A stretch of DNA of 64,000 nt from Candidatus Dormiibacterota bacterium (GCA_963709585.1 CAVPXI010000011.1:36455-100454); one strand, 5' to 3'. Shown: positions 11,143 to 21,999, counted from the stretch's first letter. Numbers and translations: made by a program. The notes: generated by a model from the letters alone, not told the origin.

Positions 11143-11969
11143 ACACGGTCGGGTCGTCTGCCACAGCCGAGAAAGGCGATACCGAGGGTCTCGCGGAAAT
11201 CTTCGCGGCGGTCCGGGCGCGCCTGGGCCTGGTCGCGCTGCTCCTCGTCCTTGCCGGGCTCGCCTGGTGGGCGACCGCCAATCAGATGGCGGGGATGGAT
11301 GCGGGTCCAGGCGCCGACCTGGGCGCGCTCGGCTGGTTCATCGGCGTCTGGGTGGTGATGATGGCCGCGATGATGTTCCCGTCGGTCGCTCCGACGGTGG
11401 CGCTGTACGCGCGGATGACACGCCGTCGCAACCCCGCACGCCCGCTCCTGTTCACCGCCGCGTATCTGCTGGTCTGGTCCGCGGTCGGACTACTCTCCTA
11501 TGGTCTCTTCGAGTTGGGCAAGGGCTTGTTCGGAGCACAGCTCGCCTGGGACGCCGGCGGGCGTTGGGTCGCTGCGGCGATCCTTGCGGCCGCAGCCCTG
11601 TACGAACTGACACCGCTGAAGAACGCATGCCTGGGGAAGTGTCGAAGCCCTTTGGGCTTCCTGCTCGGCAGCTGGCGCGACGGGTCGAGCGGCGCCGTCA
11701 AGATGGGAGCCAGGCATGCGGCCTGGTGCGTCGGGTGCTGCTGGGCCCTCATGGCCGCGCTGTTCGCGCTCGGGGTGATGAGCCTCGTTTGGATGGCGGT
11801 GGTCGCCGCCCTGATCGCGGCTGAGAAGACCATTCCCTGGGGCCGGCCCGTGGTGTGGACCACGACCGCAATCCTGCTCGTGCTGGCGGTCATGGTGGCG
11901 GTAGCCCCGGACGCGGTACCCGGCCTGGTCGTCCCGAGCGCCTCGAGCACCATGGCGGGAATGCACTGA
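11130..11969 (+). CDS. DUF2182 predicted metal-binding integral membrane protein
   Basis: WVVMMAAMMFPS, YELTPLKNACLGKCRSP and WCVGCCWALMA. Overlaps the DUF1326 gene; start approximate. Confidence 0.88.
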   Translation: MVGVDTVGSSATAEKGDTEGLAEIFAAVRARLGLVALLLVLAGLAWWATANQMAGMDAGPGADLGALGWFIGVWVVMMAAMMFPSVAPTVALYARMTRRRNPARPLLFTAAYLLVWSAVGLLSYGLFELGKGLFGAQLAWDAGGRWVAAAILAAAALYELTPLKNACLGKCRSPLGFLLGSWRDGSSGAVKMGARHAAWCVGCCWALMAALFALGVMSLVWMAVVAALIAAEKTIPWGRPVVWTTTAILLVLAVMVAVAPDAVPGLVVPSASSTMAGMH

Positions 11970-12013
11970 TCCCAGGACGGGGACGCGCCCAGTGCGGGGG
12001 CGGCCGGCGCTCG

Positions 12014-12442
12014 TTACAGCTCCAGGGTCGCCTCCGCAGTGATCGGCACGGCCGCGAGTGCCTTCGACACCGGGCAGTTCGCCTTGGCGTCCTCGACCGC
12101 CGCCTTGAACACCGCGGCGTCGATACCGGGGACTTTCCCCTTCACGATCAGATGAATAGCGGAAATACCCTCTGTGACCCCGAACGTCACCTTGGCGGTG
12201 GTGTCGAGCCGGTCGGGCGGGTGTCCGGCGCCGGCGAGGCCGTTGGCGAGTGCCATCGACAGGCAGCCGGAGTGAGCGGCGGCGATCAGCTCCTCGGGGC
12301 TCGTGCCGCTGGCGCGCAACTCGGCGCGCTGGTTCCACGTCAGAGCCTGCTCGGGAAACGCACCGCTCGCCGGTCGAACGGTGCCCTTGCCACTGACCAG
12401 GTCGCCTTCCCACGTTGCGCTGGCACTACTTTCGACAGTCAT
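12014..12442 (-). CDS. osmC: OsmC family peroxiredoxin
   Basis: ATWEGDL..GKG, SPEELIAAAHSGCLSMAL and AKANCPVSKAL. Confidence 0.92.
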   Translation of the reverse strand: MTVESSASATWEGDLVSGKGTVRPASGAFPEQALTWNQRAELRASGTSPEELIAAAHSGCLSMALANGLAGAGHPPDRLDTTAKVTFGVTEGISAIHLIVKGKVPGIDAAVFKAAVEDAKANCPVSKALAAVPITAEATLEL

Positions 12443-12499
12443 GCGGGGCTCCTTTCACGAACACGGACGGCAAACTCAGATTAGCGATGGCAGCCGGGA

Positions 12500-13469
12500 T
12501 CAGGCGTTGACCCGGGCCATGTAGGCATCGGCGCCACGAGCGCCGGCGACCCGGTCCGGCGACGCCACCTCGTCGATCTCGCGGAGGTCGTCGGTGCTCA
12601 GGATCACGTCGGCGGCGGCGGCGTTGGCCTCGAGGTTCTGGCGCTTGCGCGTTCCGGGGATCGGGACGATGTCGTCGCCCTGATGGAGGACCCAGGCGAG
12701 CGCCAGTTGAGCGGTGCTGATGTCATGGCCTCGGGCGATCTCCTCGAGGCGACCGACCAGCCGGACGTTGTGGTCGAAGTTCTCCTCCTGCCAGCGAGGG
12801 ACACTGCGCCGCCAGTCATCGGCGGGGATGTCCTCGAGGCGCTGGAACCGACCGGTGAGCAGGCCGCGGCCGAGCGGGCTGTACGCGACGAAGCCGATCC
12901 CGAGCTCGCGTGTCGTCGGGATGATCGCCTCCTCGGGCTCGCGGCTGAACATCGAATACTCGGTCTGAAGAGCGGTGATGGGATGGGTGGCGTGCGCGCG
13001 CCGGATGGTGTCTGGGGCGGCCTCGGAGAGTCCGAGGTAGCGGACCAACCCGGCGGAGACCAACTCGGCCATCGCGCCGACGGTCTCCTCGATCGGCGTC
13101 GAGGGATCCACGCGGTGGAGGTAGTACAGGTCGACATAGTCGGTGCCGAGGCGCGCGAGGCTCTCCTCGAGTGCGGGTGCGAACCTTGGCGTGTCTGCCG
13201 AGACCGCTGCCGCCGCCACCCCCGAACTTGGTGGCGAGCACCACCTCGGCACGGCGACCGGCGATCGCCCGGCCCACCACCTCCTCGCTGTGGCCCGATC
13301 CGTAGATGTTGGCGGTGTCGATGAACGTGACCCCGAGGTCGAGGGCACGGGCGATGGTCGCGGCCAACTCTTCGTCCTCGGCGCTGCCGTAGACGCCGGC
13401 GAAGCTCATCGCCCCGAGTCCGACGGCCGAGACCGTCGGGCCAGCTGTTCCGAGACGGCGATGCTGCAT
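12500..13469 (-). CDS. Aldo/keto reductase; apparent frameshift near 13,175
   Basis: N-terminal MQHRRLG...GLGAM...DTANIYG...VLATKFG (ORF 12816..13592) joins [19 protein letters not shown]...AYSPLGRG...PIPG (ORF 12500..13348). Confidence 0.88.
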
Positions 13470-13584
13470 GGGGGATCCTCCGGGTGACCGAGTGGCTGAT
13501 CTCAGGCTAGCGGTTTGGCCCCGCACGACGCGTAGGATCGCTCGCGTCGGAGCGCCTGGCTCGACGATACGAAGGGGACCTGTG

Positions 13585-14649
13585 ATGAGCACGGTTGACG
13601 CCGGACGATTCTGGGACAGTGGGACGGCGCCCTCTCGGTGGTGGCAGCAACGCCTGACCGGCCGGGTCTCCGAGCACGTGATCGAATCACGCGTCCTCGC
13701 CGGAAATCACCTGGGCGACCCCGTCGAGCGACCGTTGTGGGTGTACACCCCGCCGGGGTACGCCAGCTCGGAGGAGCGTTATCCGTCGGTGTACGTCATC
13801 CAGGGATACACCGGGCAGGCGGTCATGTGGTGGGGGCGGTCGCCTTTTCGAGAGGGGTTCCCCGCCGCGGTGGATCGCATCTTCGCGAGTGGTGAAGCGT
13901 CGCCGTGCATCGTCGCGTACGTCGATGCATGGACTGCGTACGGCGGTTCGCAGTTTGTCGATTCACCCGGAACGGGGCGCTATCACACCTACCTGTGCGA
14001 CGAGATCGTGCCCTTCGTCGACGAGCATTACCGCACCATGGCAGGCCCGGCGCACCGCGGGATCATGGGGAAATCGAGCGGCGGATTCGGCGCGATGATC
14101 ACCCCGATGCTGCGCCCGGATCTCTTCGGTGGCATGGCAACGCATGCGGGGGACGGGCTGTACGAATGTTGCTACATCCCCGAGTTCGCCAAGGCGGCGC
14201 GATTGCTTCGCGACTACAACGGCGACATCTTCGCCTGGTGGAAGGATTTTCAATCGCGCACCGCGTTCACCAAGGAGGGCGATCAACTCCTGGTGATGAC
14301 CCTCGGTGTCTCGGCGTGTTTCTCGGCTCGCGACGACGGCACGCCGGAGTTGCCGTTCGATCCGAGGACCGGGCGGCTGCGCGACGATGTCTGGGCCCGC
14401 TGGCTCGCGTGGGATCCGGTGCGCATGGTCCCGCACTACGCGGACGCGTTGCGGGCGCAGCGCGCCGTGTGGATCGATGCGGGGACACGGGATGACTGGT
14501 ATCTAGACTTAGCGGCGACCGCGTTCCGCGATGAGCTTGCGAAGATCGGTGTCACCGACGTGCAGTTCGAGCTGTTCGACGCGACTCACATGGGCATCGA
14601 CTACCGCTATCCGAAATCGCTCGCATACCTCAGCGAACGCCTTCGCTGA
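13585..14649 (+). CDS. Putative esterase (Fes / alpha-beta hydrolase family)
   Basis: VYTPPGY, YPSVY, nucleophile [13 protein letters not shown] and a catalytic-His region FDATH. Confidence 0.85.
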   Translation: MSTVDAGRFWDSGTAPSRWWQQRLTGRVSEHVIESRVLAGNHLGDPVERPLWVYTPPGYASSEERYPSVYVIQGYTGQAVMWWGRSPFREGFPAAVDRIFASGEASPCIVAYVDAWTAYGGSQFVDSPGTGRYHTYLCDEIVPFVDEHYRTMAGPAHRGIMGKSSGGFGAMITPMLRPDLFGGMATHAGDGLYECCYIPEFAKAARLLRDYNGDIFAWWKDFQSRTAFTKEGDQLLVMTLGVSACFSARDDGTPELPFDPRTGRLRDDVWARWLAWDPVRMVPHYADALRAQRAVWIDAGTRDDWYLDLAATAFRDELAKIGVTDVQFELFDATHMGIDYRYPKSLAYLSERLR

Positions 14650-14652
14650 GGC

Positions 14653-15168
14653 TCAGGGCCACTGCTCCCAACGGCGCATCGTCGCGGCGATGGACTCCTC
14701 CTCGAACGCGAGATGGGCGAGGAGATCGTCCTCGAGCCGGCTCAACGCGTTGATCAGGCGTTCCCGCACCGGGTTCACCGCCGCGTCGTCGAGCTGTCTG
14801 GCCGACTCCTCGACGTGGTCGAGCAGCTTGGAGATCGACCGGTGATCCGCCTCCAGCCTGTCGACGACCGCCGACAGCTCGGGGTTCGACCGGCGCAGGG
14901 CGGGAAACATGTCCGCGTCCTCGAGCCCGTGGTGGGCGTGCACCACCCTGCAGTGGTACAGGCAGTTCACCTGCAGCGTCCAGATCGGACTGCGCGTCTC
15001 CAACGCAGCGATCTGCTCGGCGATATCCCGTGCCGGCGCGCCTGCTGCGACCTTGCCGGCGAGCTCCCTGCACACCGTGAGGTCGCTGCGCAGCATCTGA
15101 TGGATGAGCTTGAGCTGGCGGTGCATGAGGATCCCGAACGGCGCCTCGCCGTTCTCCCGCGAGGTCAT
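14653..15168 (-). CDS. Hemerythrin/HHE domain protein
   Basis: H...H, HAHHGLED.MFP.L, LEADH and HLAFEE metal-ligand pattern. Confidence 0.82.
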   Translation of the reverse strand: MTSRENGEAPFGILMHRQLKLIHQMLRSDLTVCRELAGKVAAGAPARDIAEQIAALETRSPIWTLQVNCLYHCRVVHAHHGLEDADMFPALRRSNPELSAVVDRLEADHRSISKLLDHVEESARQLDDAAVNPVRERLINALSRLEDDLLAHLAFEEESIAATMRRWEQWP

Positions 15169-15169
15169 C

Positions 15170-15835
15170 TCAGAGCAGTCCCTCGCTGCGCAGCGCGTCC
15201 TCGACTCCGCCGATACCGCCGACCAGATACCCGGGGTGGTCGCGCTCGAGGATGTCGCGGTCGCGAATGCCCGAATACACCGCGATCGACAGATAGCCGA
15301 GCACGTTTGCGGCTGCCACGTCGGCCTCGCTATCGCCGATGACGACGGCAGGGTCATCCGCGGGGATTGTCTTGCGGATCAGCCGAGCTTTCTCAAACGC
15401 GGGATCCGCACCCGGAGCGGCGGACTGGATGGCCTCGAAGAAGGGAGTGAGCGCGAACACGGCGAGCTGCGCCAGCAGCGCCGTCGCTGACGAACGGAGC
15501 GTCACCAGCGTGCAGCGATAGGTCGCGGCGAGCCGGGTGAGCACCGGGATCGTCTCCGGAAACAGGAGGTCGAACCCGAGACTGTCGGGGAGCTCGATGA
15601 GCTCCTCAAACGTCGCTTCGAAGGGCGCCACCTCGGCGTCATCCAGACCGCTCTGGGCGAGGATCTCCGGCCAGCCGGTTCGCCGCCGCTTCAGGTGCCA
15701 GAACGCAGCGCGATCGAGGGGCTGACCGCCGAGCGACCGGCAGACGGTGCTGTAGACATGGTGGTGGCGCGCCGACACGTCGAGCAGGGTTCCGTCGAGG
15801 TCAAAGACGAGCGTCGGCGGCCGCTGTCCTGGCAA
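15170..15835 (-). CDS. HAD-family hydrolase (phosphoglycolate phosphatase-like)
   Basis: FDLDGTL (motif I) and IGDSEAD (motif IV). GGAGGA RBS precedes TTG at 15835. Confidence 0.85.
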   Translation of the reverse strand: MPGQRPPTLVFDLDGTLLDVSARHHHVYSTVCRSLGGQPLDRAAFWHLKRRRTGWPEILAQSGLDDAEVAPFEATFEELIELPDSLGFDLLFPETIPVLTRLAATYRCTLVTLRSSATALLAQLAVFALTPFFEAIQSAAPGADPAFEKARLIRKTIPADDPAVVIGDSEADVAAANVLGYLSIAVYSGIRDRDILERDHPGYLVGGIGGVEDALRSEGLL

Positions 15836-15987
15836 TCTGCTCCTCCAACCCGTCGGCAAAGACGCGAGCCGGAGAGAATCCGGTCTCCTCGCGGAACCGC
15901 GTGACGTCGAGGACGATATCAGCCGCGGATCGGCGCCATAGTAGCCTGCCCCCGGCTCGGTTCCCGGCGGGGCCGGCGATCTACCGC

Positions 15988-16320
15988 CTACTCGTTGGAG
16001 TCCTTCCAGCCGAAGTGCTTCCAGCGGAAGACCCCGGTCAGCCCGAGGCGTGAGACATGGAGCTGCTCGAACTCCTCGTACTTGTCCGACGTGGCGCTGT
16101 CGACCGAGAGGTGCACCGCCTCGGTGGTGATCCGCGAGATGTCCGCGGCGGGAGCGAGATAGTGCTTGCGGCGGTGCGCGTGCTCGAACACGATGCCGTG
16201 GAAGATGTCCTCGTTGGCGAGGGCGGCGACCTCCACGACCTTCCCGATATTTGTGCCGTCGCTGGTCACGACTGCCTCACCCGTCTTGACGGCGGTCCAT
16301 GCGATCTGTTCTTCAGCCAT
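15988..16320 (-). CDS. PRC-barrel / DUF2171-like small protein
   Basis: IAW.AV..G..VVTSDG..IGKV and DIFHGI. A -10-like TATGAT lies 7 nt upstream of the ATG. Confidence 0.65.
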   Translation of the reverse strand: MAEEQIAWTAVKTGEAVVTSDGTNIGKVVEVAALANEDIFHGIVFEHAHRRKHYLAPAADISRITTEAVHLSVDSATSDKYEEFEQLHVSRLGLTGVFRWKHFGWKDSNE

Positions 16321-16374
16321 GCGACTCATCATAGAGCCGGTGCTCTCCGGCATCGGGGGACCGATCGAGGGGGA

Positions 16375-17904
16375 CTACCCCGAGCGGGGAGAGGCCGGGG
16401 TACGCGTCCGTCGCCGGCGCGTTCGAAGCTGGGTGTGCGCCGGGCGCTCTGGAGACTCCTCTGTCCCAAACGCCTCGAGCTCCTCGGCGAGCCAGCGAGT
16501 CATCGCGCCGACGTCGGGCATGGCGTCACGATCGGCGACGATCCCGATGTCGAGGCTGCCGTTGTAGCTCATCACCGTGATGTTCAACCCGAGGCCGTCC
16601 ATGATCACCGAGACCGGGTAGATCGCCTCGAGCAGCGCGCCGGCGCAATACAGCGGGATCTGGGGCCCGGGCACGTTCGACACAACCAGATTCCACGTCG
16701 GCCGCAGGCGCGGATTGCTCGTCCATGCATAGGTGAGCTGGGCGGCGCGCGTGAAGAGCGCCGGCGGGATGAAGTTGTTGGCGTCCTGCAGCAGCGACGC
16801 GGGCAGCGCCTGGTCGCGTTCCTTCATCTCGGCAAGCGACTCGTGGGTGGCGCGGAGGCGATCAACCGGGTCGGCGATCTCCGTGTGGAGCTCCACGCCC
16901 ATCAGGAGGATCCGGTTGCCGAAGGTCCCCTGTTGCTCGGGGCTGCGCACCGACACCGGGATCTGTGCGATCAAGGGGGTCTTGCCGAGCTCTCGATGTT
17001 CGAGCAACCAGCGGCGCACCGCGCCCGCGCACATCGACACGACGACGTCGTTGACGGTGACACCGTGCTTGTTCTTGACATCTTTGACAGCATCAAGCGG
17101 CAGCCGGCCGAAGACGATGCGCCGGTGCGCCGAGATCCTGCCGTTGAAGGACGTGTGCGGGGGCGTCGAGACCTTGCGTCCGCTGACGATCGGGCTGCGG
17201 CGCAGCGTCGCCTGGAGCCGCCGGCCGGCGGCTCCGACCAGCGTGGCGCCGGGGAGGATGCTGAAGATGCCGACCTCTTCGAAGTTCGGCAACGCTGCCG
17301 GCAGCGAGCGCAGCAGACGCAGCGGGTACCGAGGGACTCCGGCCAGGCCACGCGCCAGCATCTCGAGCTGTGACGGCATCCGGTCGACACCCTCGAGAAG
17401 GGGCGGCGGGGCGGGGCGCCCTTTTGGCGTGAGATCCAGGAGGGATCCAAGGATCTCGGCGCCGGACAGGCCGTCGATCACCGCGTGGTGGACCTTGGTC
17501 ATCAGCGCCACGCGTCCGTTCTCGAGGCCGTGGATGAGGTAGATCTCCCAGAGCGGGCGACTGCGGTCGAGCGGGCGCGAGAAGATGCGCGCAACCTGCT
17601 CCTCGAGCTGTGCCGTGGAACCGGGCGGCACCAGCGCCAGCTCACGCACGTGGAAGTCGACATCGAAGTCCGGGTCGTCGACCCAGTACGCGAAGTCCAG
17701 GCCGAACGGGACCTCCGCGAGCCGCCACTTGAAGATCGGGATCAGAGGAAGGCGGTCGAGGATCAGGTTCTGGAGATCGGTGAGCGCGAGCGCCCCCCCA
17801 GGAGCGGTCGAGGGATCGAGCACCAGGACGCCGGTCACGTGCCCGTAGATTCGTGGCGTCTCGAGGGCCAGAAACTGCGCGTCGAGGCTGGTGAGCTGGC
17901 GCAT
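16375..17904 (-). CDS. Wax ester synthase / diacylglycerol O-acyltransferase (WS/DGAT)
   Basis: MRQLTSLDAQFL.LE, catalytic HHAVIDG, TVNDVV and SNVPGP. Confidence 0.93.
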   Translation of the reverse strand: MRQLTSLDAQFLALETPRIYGHVTGVLVLDPSTAPGGALALTDLQNLILDRLPLIPIFKWRLAEVPFGLDFAYWVDDPDFDVDFHVRELALVPPGSTAQLEEQVARIFSRPLDRSRPLWEIYLIHGLENGRVALMTKVHHAVIDGLSGAEILGSLLDLTPKGRPAPPPLLEGVDRMPSQLEMLARGLAGVPRYPLRLLRSLPAALPNFEEVGIFSILPGATLVGAAGRRLQATLRRSPIVSGRKVSTPPHTSFNGRISAHRRIVFGRLPLDAVKDVKNKHGVTVNDVVVSMCAGAVRRWLLEHRELGKTPLIAQIPVSVRSPEQQGTFGNRILLMGVELHTEIADPVDRLRATHESLAEMKERDQALPASLLQDANNFIPPALFTRAAQLTYAWTSNPRLRPTWNLVVSNVPGPQIPLYCAGALLEAIYPVSVIMDGLGLNITVMSYNGSLDIGIVADRDAMPDVGAMTRWLAEELEAFGTEESPERPAHTQLRTRRRRTRTPASPRSG

Positions 17905-17984
17905 GCGATCGGGCCAACACTGGCAGAACCCGCCAAGAGCGGTCAACTCCGCCCATTCGCCTGTGCATGTGGGATCGTTCGGAC

Positions 17985-19364
17985 GTGCCTCCCGAGATCG
18001 CGACCATCGAGACCCCAGAGCTGGGCGACCGCAGCTATGTCATCTTCGCCGGCGCCGACGCCGTGGTCGTCGACCCCCAGCGCGACATCGATCGCGTGCT
18101 CACCCTGTTGTTGGCGCATGGGAGCCGCCTCAGCCACGTCGTCGAGACCCACATTCACAACGACTACGTCTCCGGCGGACCCGAGCTCTGCAGGGTCACC
18201 GGGGCAAACCTGGTCATCCCGGCGGGGGAGTCGGTGGGATATGCGCGTCAGGCGATCGCCGAAGGGGACCGGATTCCGCTTGGCGACCTGACCCTGATCG
18301 CCCGCCACACCCCGGGCCACACCGCGACCCATATGACGTACCTCCTCGAGGAGGGCGGACGGCGGATAGCCGCCTTCACCGGTGGATCGATGCTGCTCGG
18401 TTCGGTGGGACGCACCGATCTCATCGGTCCCTGGATGACCGATCGCCTCAGCCATCTCCAGCACCGGTCGGCCCGGCGGCTCTCCGATGAGCTGCCCGAT
18501 GACGCGGCCATCCTGCCGACCCACGGGTTCGGCAGCCTCTGCTCTGCCGGGTTCCCGGTCGGCGCCGCCGACACAGCGGACACGCGTCACCAGCGTGCCG
18601 AGAACCCCGCGCTGCTCATGGACGAGAACGCGTTCGTCGCCCGGTTGGTGGCCGGGATGGATGCCTTTCCCCGGTATTACGGGTACATCGCACCACGAAA
18701 CCGCGCGGGCGCGGGAGCGGCCGACCTCGAGCTGCCGCAGCTGAGCGACGCTCGCGAGCTTGCCGAGCGGGCACGAGCCGGGGAGTGGGTGGTGGACCTG
18801 CGCGAGCGCCGTGCGTTTGCCGACCGGCATCTCGTCGAGACCCTCGCGTTCGAGCTGTCCGATCCGCTGACCACGTACCTGGGGTGGCTGCTCCCGTGGG
18901 GCAGCCCGCTGAGCCTGATCGGACGGTCCCTCGACGACCTCGCGGCCGCTCGGCGTGCGCTGGCGCGCATCGGCATCGAGACGATCGCCGCGTGTGGCCT
19001 GAGCGACGGCGAGAACGGGGACGACCCCTGGGCCGGTCTCGCGACCGGAGCGTACCCGGTGGTCGGATTCGGCGATCTCAAGGGGTTCGCCGGCGCTCCC
19101 GGCGAGGTCGTCCTCGACGTGCGTCTCGGGCGTGAGTGGCGAGAAGGGCACCTCGCGACCGCGATGCACATCCCGCTGCACGAGCTGCCCGACCGCATCG
19201 ACGAGGTTCCCAGCGGCAGAGTTTGGGCTCACTGCGCCGCCGGGTATCGCGCGGCGGTGGCGGGCTCGCTCCTGGCTCGCGCGAGGCGCGACGTCATGGT
19301 GGTGAGCGACCAGTTCAGCAATGCGGCCAACGCCGGGCTGGACATCGTCTCCAGCTGCGACTGA
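17985..19364 (+). CDS. MBL-fold metallo-hydrolase (persulfide dioxygenase-like) fused to two rhodanese domains
   Basis: ETHIHNDYVSG, TPGHT, FTGGS, PTHGFGS and C-terminal rhodanese HCAAGYR. Confidence 0.88.
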   Translation: MPPEIATIETPELGDRSYVIFAGADAVVVDPQRDIDRVLTLLLAHGSRLSHVVETHIHNDYVSGGPELCRVTGANLVIPAGESVGYARQAIAEGDRIPLGDLTLIARHTPGHTATHMTYLLEEGGRRIAAFTGGSMLLGSVGRTDLIGPWMTDRLSHLQHRSARRLSDELPDDAAILPTHGFGSLCSAGFPVGAADTADTRHQRAENPALLMDENAFVARLVAGMDAFPRYYGYIAPRNRAGAGAADLELPQLSDARELAERARAGEWVVDLRERRAFADRHLVETLAFELSDPLTTYLGWLLPWGSPLSLIGRSLDDLAAARRALARIGIETIAACGLSDGENGDDPWAGLATGAYPVVGFGDLKGFAGAPGEVVLDVRLGREWREGHLATAMHIPLHELPDRIDEVPSGRVWAHCAAGYRAAVAGSLLARARRDVMVVSDQFSNAANAGLDIVSSCD

Positions 19365-19386
19365 GCAACCGCAGCGTTTGGTGGCG

Positions 19387-21021
19387 ATGAGCTTCGCCAC
19401 GCGCGCTGTCGAGGTGCTCGCACGCATCCCACCCGCGAGAACGCGCGCAGTCACGGTTCGTCGTGACATCGAGATCGCCATGCCGGACGGAATCACGCTT
19501 CTCGCCGACCGGTATCGGGCCCGCGAGGATGACGCCCAGCCGATCATCCTGATGCGCAGCCCCTACGGTCGGACAGGGGTCTGGGCGCTCGGGGCGCGCG
19601 TGTTCGCCGAGCGCGGCTACCAGGTCATCCTGCAGAGTTGCCGGGGCACGGGCGGCTCCGGCGGCGAGTTCAACGCCTATCGCAACGAAATGCCCGACGG
19701 GCTCGCCACGCTCGCCTGGATCGAGCGGCAACCCTGGTTCTCCGGGAAGATCGCCACGTTCGGCCCCAGCTACCTCGGGATCGCGCAGTGGGCGATCGCC
19801 AGCGACCCGCCACCGTCGCTGCGCGCCATGGCCACGCCGATCTCCTCGGCCCGGGTGCGCAGGTTCACCTACCCGGGCGGCTCGTTCTCGCTGGAGAGCA
19901 CGCTGTCGTGGCTGGCGCTGCTCGCGCGTCCGGGCCGCGGCGGCCGCCTCGGCCTTCGCGAGCGACTCGCGGCGCCCAAGCGGATGAAGCGAGGATTCGC
20001 GGCGATACCGCTCCGTGATGCGGACGTGGCGGTCACTGGGGAGCGTGTGCTCTTTTATCAGGACTGGCTCGCGCGCAAGGACGACGATGCCTTCTGGGGT
20101 CCTGTCGAGTTCGAACGCCGTCTCGACTCGCTGACCGTGCCGGTCACGATGGTCACCGGCTGGTACGACATGTTCCTGCCCGCGCAACTTGCCGACTACC
20201 GCGCACTCCGTGCCGCGGGGCGAGAGGTGCGCCTGACGATCGGACCCTGGAAGCACACTGACCCGGGCGTCGCCGCCGAGAGCCTGCGCGATTCGCTCGA
20301 CTGGTTCGAGAGGCATCTACTGGATCGCGACCGGAGCCCGCGACGGTCGCGGGTCCGGCTGTTTGTCGGCGGCGCGCGCCGATGGCTCGATGTCGACGAG
20401 TGGCCGCTCCCGGCGCGGGCAGCGCGCTGGCATCTGCATCCGGGCGGCCTGCTCCACACGCGGCTCCCCGGGGCGTCGGCTCCGGATCGGTACCGATATG
20501 ACCCGTCGAATCCGACGCCGTCGGTAGGCGGCAGCTTGCTCTCGAGGTCCGGAGGGCCACGCGACAACCGGGCCCTCGAGCGGCGCAGCGACGTGCTCGT
20601 CTACACCTCGGCAACGCTGGTTCGCGACGTCGAGGTGATCGGGCCGGTCACCGCCGAGTTGCACGTGCGATCGACCCTGGAGCACACGGATTTCTTCGTC
20701 AGGCTCTGCGACGTCGAGCCCTCGGGAGTGTCCCGGAACATCAGCGACGGGCTGGTGCGCTTGGTCCCGACCTCGTGGGAGCGGGGGGAGGACGGCGTGG
20801 CAACGGTCGAGGTGCCGCTCTGGCCCGCCGCGCACGTCTTCCGCCGCGGTCATCGCCTTCGGGTGCAGGTGTCGAGCGGCGCACACCCGAGGTTCGCTCG
20901 CAACCTCGGTGGGGGAGAACCGCTCGCCACCGCGGTGACCATGCACGTTGCCGATCAGGAGGTCTGGCATGACCCCGACCATCGGTCGGCGATCGTGCTT
21001 CCGCTCAGGGAAACGGGCTAG
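19387..21021 (+). CDS. CocE/NonD family hydrolase (peptidase S15-like)
   Basis: MPDGITLLAD.Y, RSPY, CRG.G.SGG, nucleophile GPSYLG, GWYD and IGPW.H. Confidence 0.92.
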   Translation: MSFATRAVEVLARIPPARTRAVTVRRDIEIAMPDGITLLADRYRAREDDAQPIILMRSPYGRTGVWALGARVFAERGYQVILQSCRGTGGSGGEFNAYRNEMPDGLATLAWIERQPWFSGKIATFGPSYLGIAQWAIASDPPPSLRAMATPISSARVRRFTYPGGSFSLESTLSWLALLARPGRGGRLGLRERLAAPKRMKRGFAAIPLRDADVAVTGERVLFYQDWLARKDDDAFWGPVEFERRLDSLTVPVTMVTGWYDMFLPAQLADYRALRAAGREVRLTIGPWKHTDPGVAAESLRDSLDWFERHLLDRDRSPRRSRVRLFVGGARRWLDVDEWPLPARAARWHLHPGGLLHTRLPGASAPDRYRYDPSNPTPSVGGSLLSRSGGPRDNRALERRSDVLVYTSATLVRDVEVIGPVTAELHVRSTLEHTDFFVRLCDVEPSGVSRNISDGLVRLVPTSWERGEDGVATVEVPLWPAAHVFRRGHRLRVQVSSGAHPRFARNLGGGEPLATAVTMHVADQEVWHDPDHRSAIVLPLRETG

Positions 21022-21467
21022 CGAGCAGCTCCTGTGGGGACGCGTTCGCGCGTCTTCTCGCCGGCGTGATCGGGGTGTTCCGGCGCGGCGTCCTCGACCG
21101 CGTCGAGCGCGCTGAGCCAGTGAGGTGGCGGTGATGCCGACGGGACGGGAGGCGGTTCGGGGCCGTCATCACCCCGTTCGGGCCCGTCGTCGACCGCCGC
21201 CTGCTGGTTGTGGTCGTTGTCGAATGTGATCAGGTAGATCGAGGCGATCGCGGTCATGGTCACCAGCGCGAAGAACGAGAACGGCAAGCGGTACACCCAC
21301 CCGACGTCGTCGGGCAACCCCGGCATGAACGCCACCAGCACCGCGCTGACGATGCCGACGCCAGGGGGGAGGAGCCAGACCCACACGCTTCGGCCTTCGC
21401 GATCGATCCCGAGCCGCCCCTCGAGGCGTCGGAAGAAGGCAGCGAGCCGCATCTTGATTGGGGCCAT
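21018..21467 (-). CDS. Hypothetical membrane protein (2 TM, acidic Pro-rich tail)
   Basis: Two hydrophobic segments; fills the gap between the convergent and divergent neighbours. Confidence 0.6.
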   Translation of the reverse strand: MAPIKMRLAAFFRRLEGRLGIDREGRSVWVWLLPPGVGIVSAVLVAFMPGLPDDVGWVYRLPFSFFALVTMTAIASIYLITFDNDHNQQAAVDDGPERGDDGPEPPPVPSASPPPHWLSALDAVEDAAPEHPDHAGEKTRERVPTGAAR

Positions 21468-21504
21468 CTCTGTTGTCCTGTCTTCAGTCTATCGTGGATG
21501 ACAC

Positions 21505-21999
21505 ATGAGCACTGCCGTGACCCGACAGATTATCGGCGCCGCCGAGCTGAAGCGTCTGTCGCCTCGGTTCTGGCTGGCGCGGCAGGCTGAGCTCGCACTC
21601 TTCTGGGGACCGGTCTTCATCGCAGCGCTGGTCGTCGCGCTGATCATCCATGCGGGAGCGGCGGTTCTGCTGCCGGTGGTCGTGGCGCTCACCGCCTGCT
21701 CTGCCTGGTTCGTCGAGCGCGGTCGCTACCGGTCCTGGGGGTACGCCGAGCGCGAGGACGACCTGATAGTCAGCCGGGGTTTGCTGTTTCGCCACGTGTC
21801 GGTCGTGCCCTATGGACGCATGCAGTTCATCGACGTCACCGCCGGACCGATCGATCGTGCCTTCGGTCTCGCGACGGTCCAGCTCCACACCGCGGCGGCG
21901 GCGACCGACGCCCGCATCCCCGGGCTGCCCCGCCCCGACGCCGACGCGCTTCGCGACCGGCTGGCGCTGGTGGGGGAGGCCAAGGCGACCGGCCTGTGA
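21505..21999 (+). CDS. YdbS-like bacterial PH-domain membrane protein
   Basis: Two TMs, then WGYAEREDDL.VSRGLLF, VPYGRMQFIDV and GP.DR.FGLATV. Confidence 0.88.
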   Translation: MSTAVTRQIIGAAELKRLSPRFWLARQAELALFWGPVFIAALVVALIIHAGAAVLLPVVVALTACSAWFVERGRYRSWGYAEREDDLIVSRGLLFRHVSVVPYGRMQFIDVTAGPIDRAFGLATVQLHTAAAATDARIPGLPRPDADALRDRLALVGEAKATGL

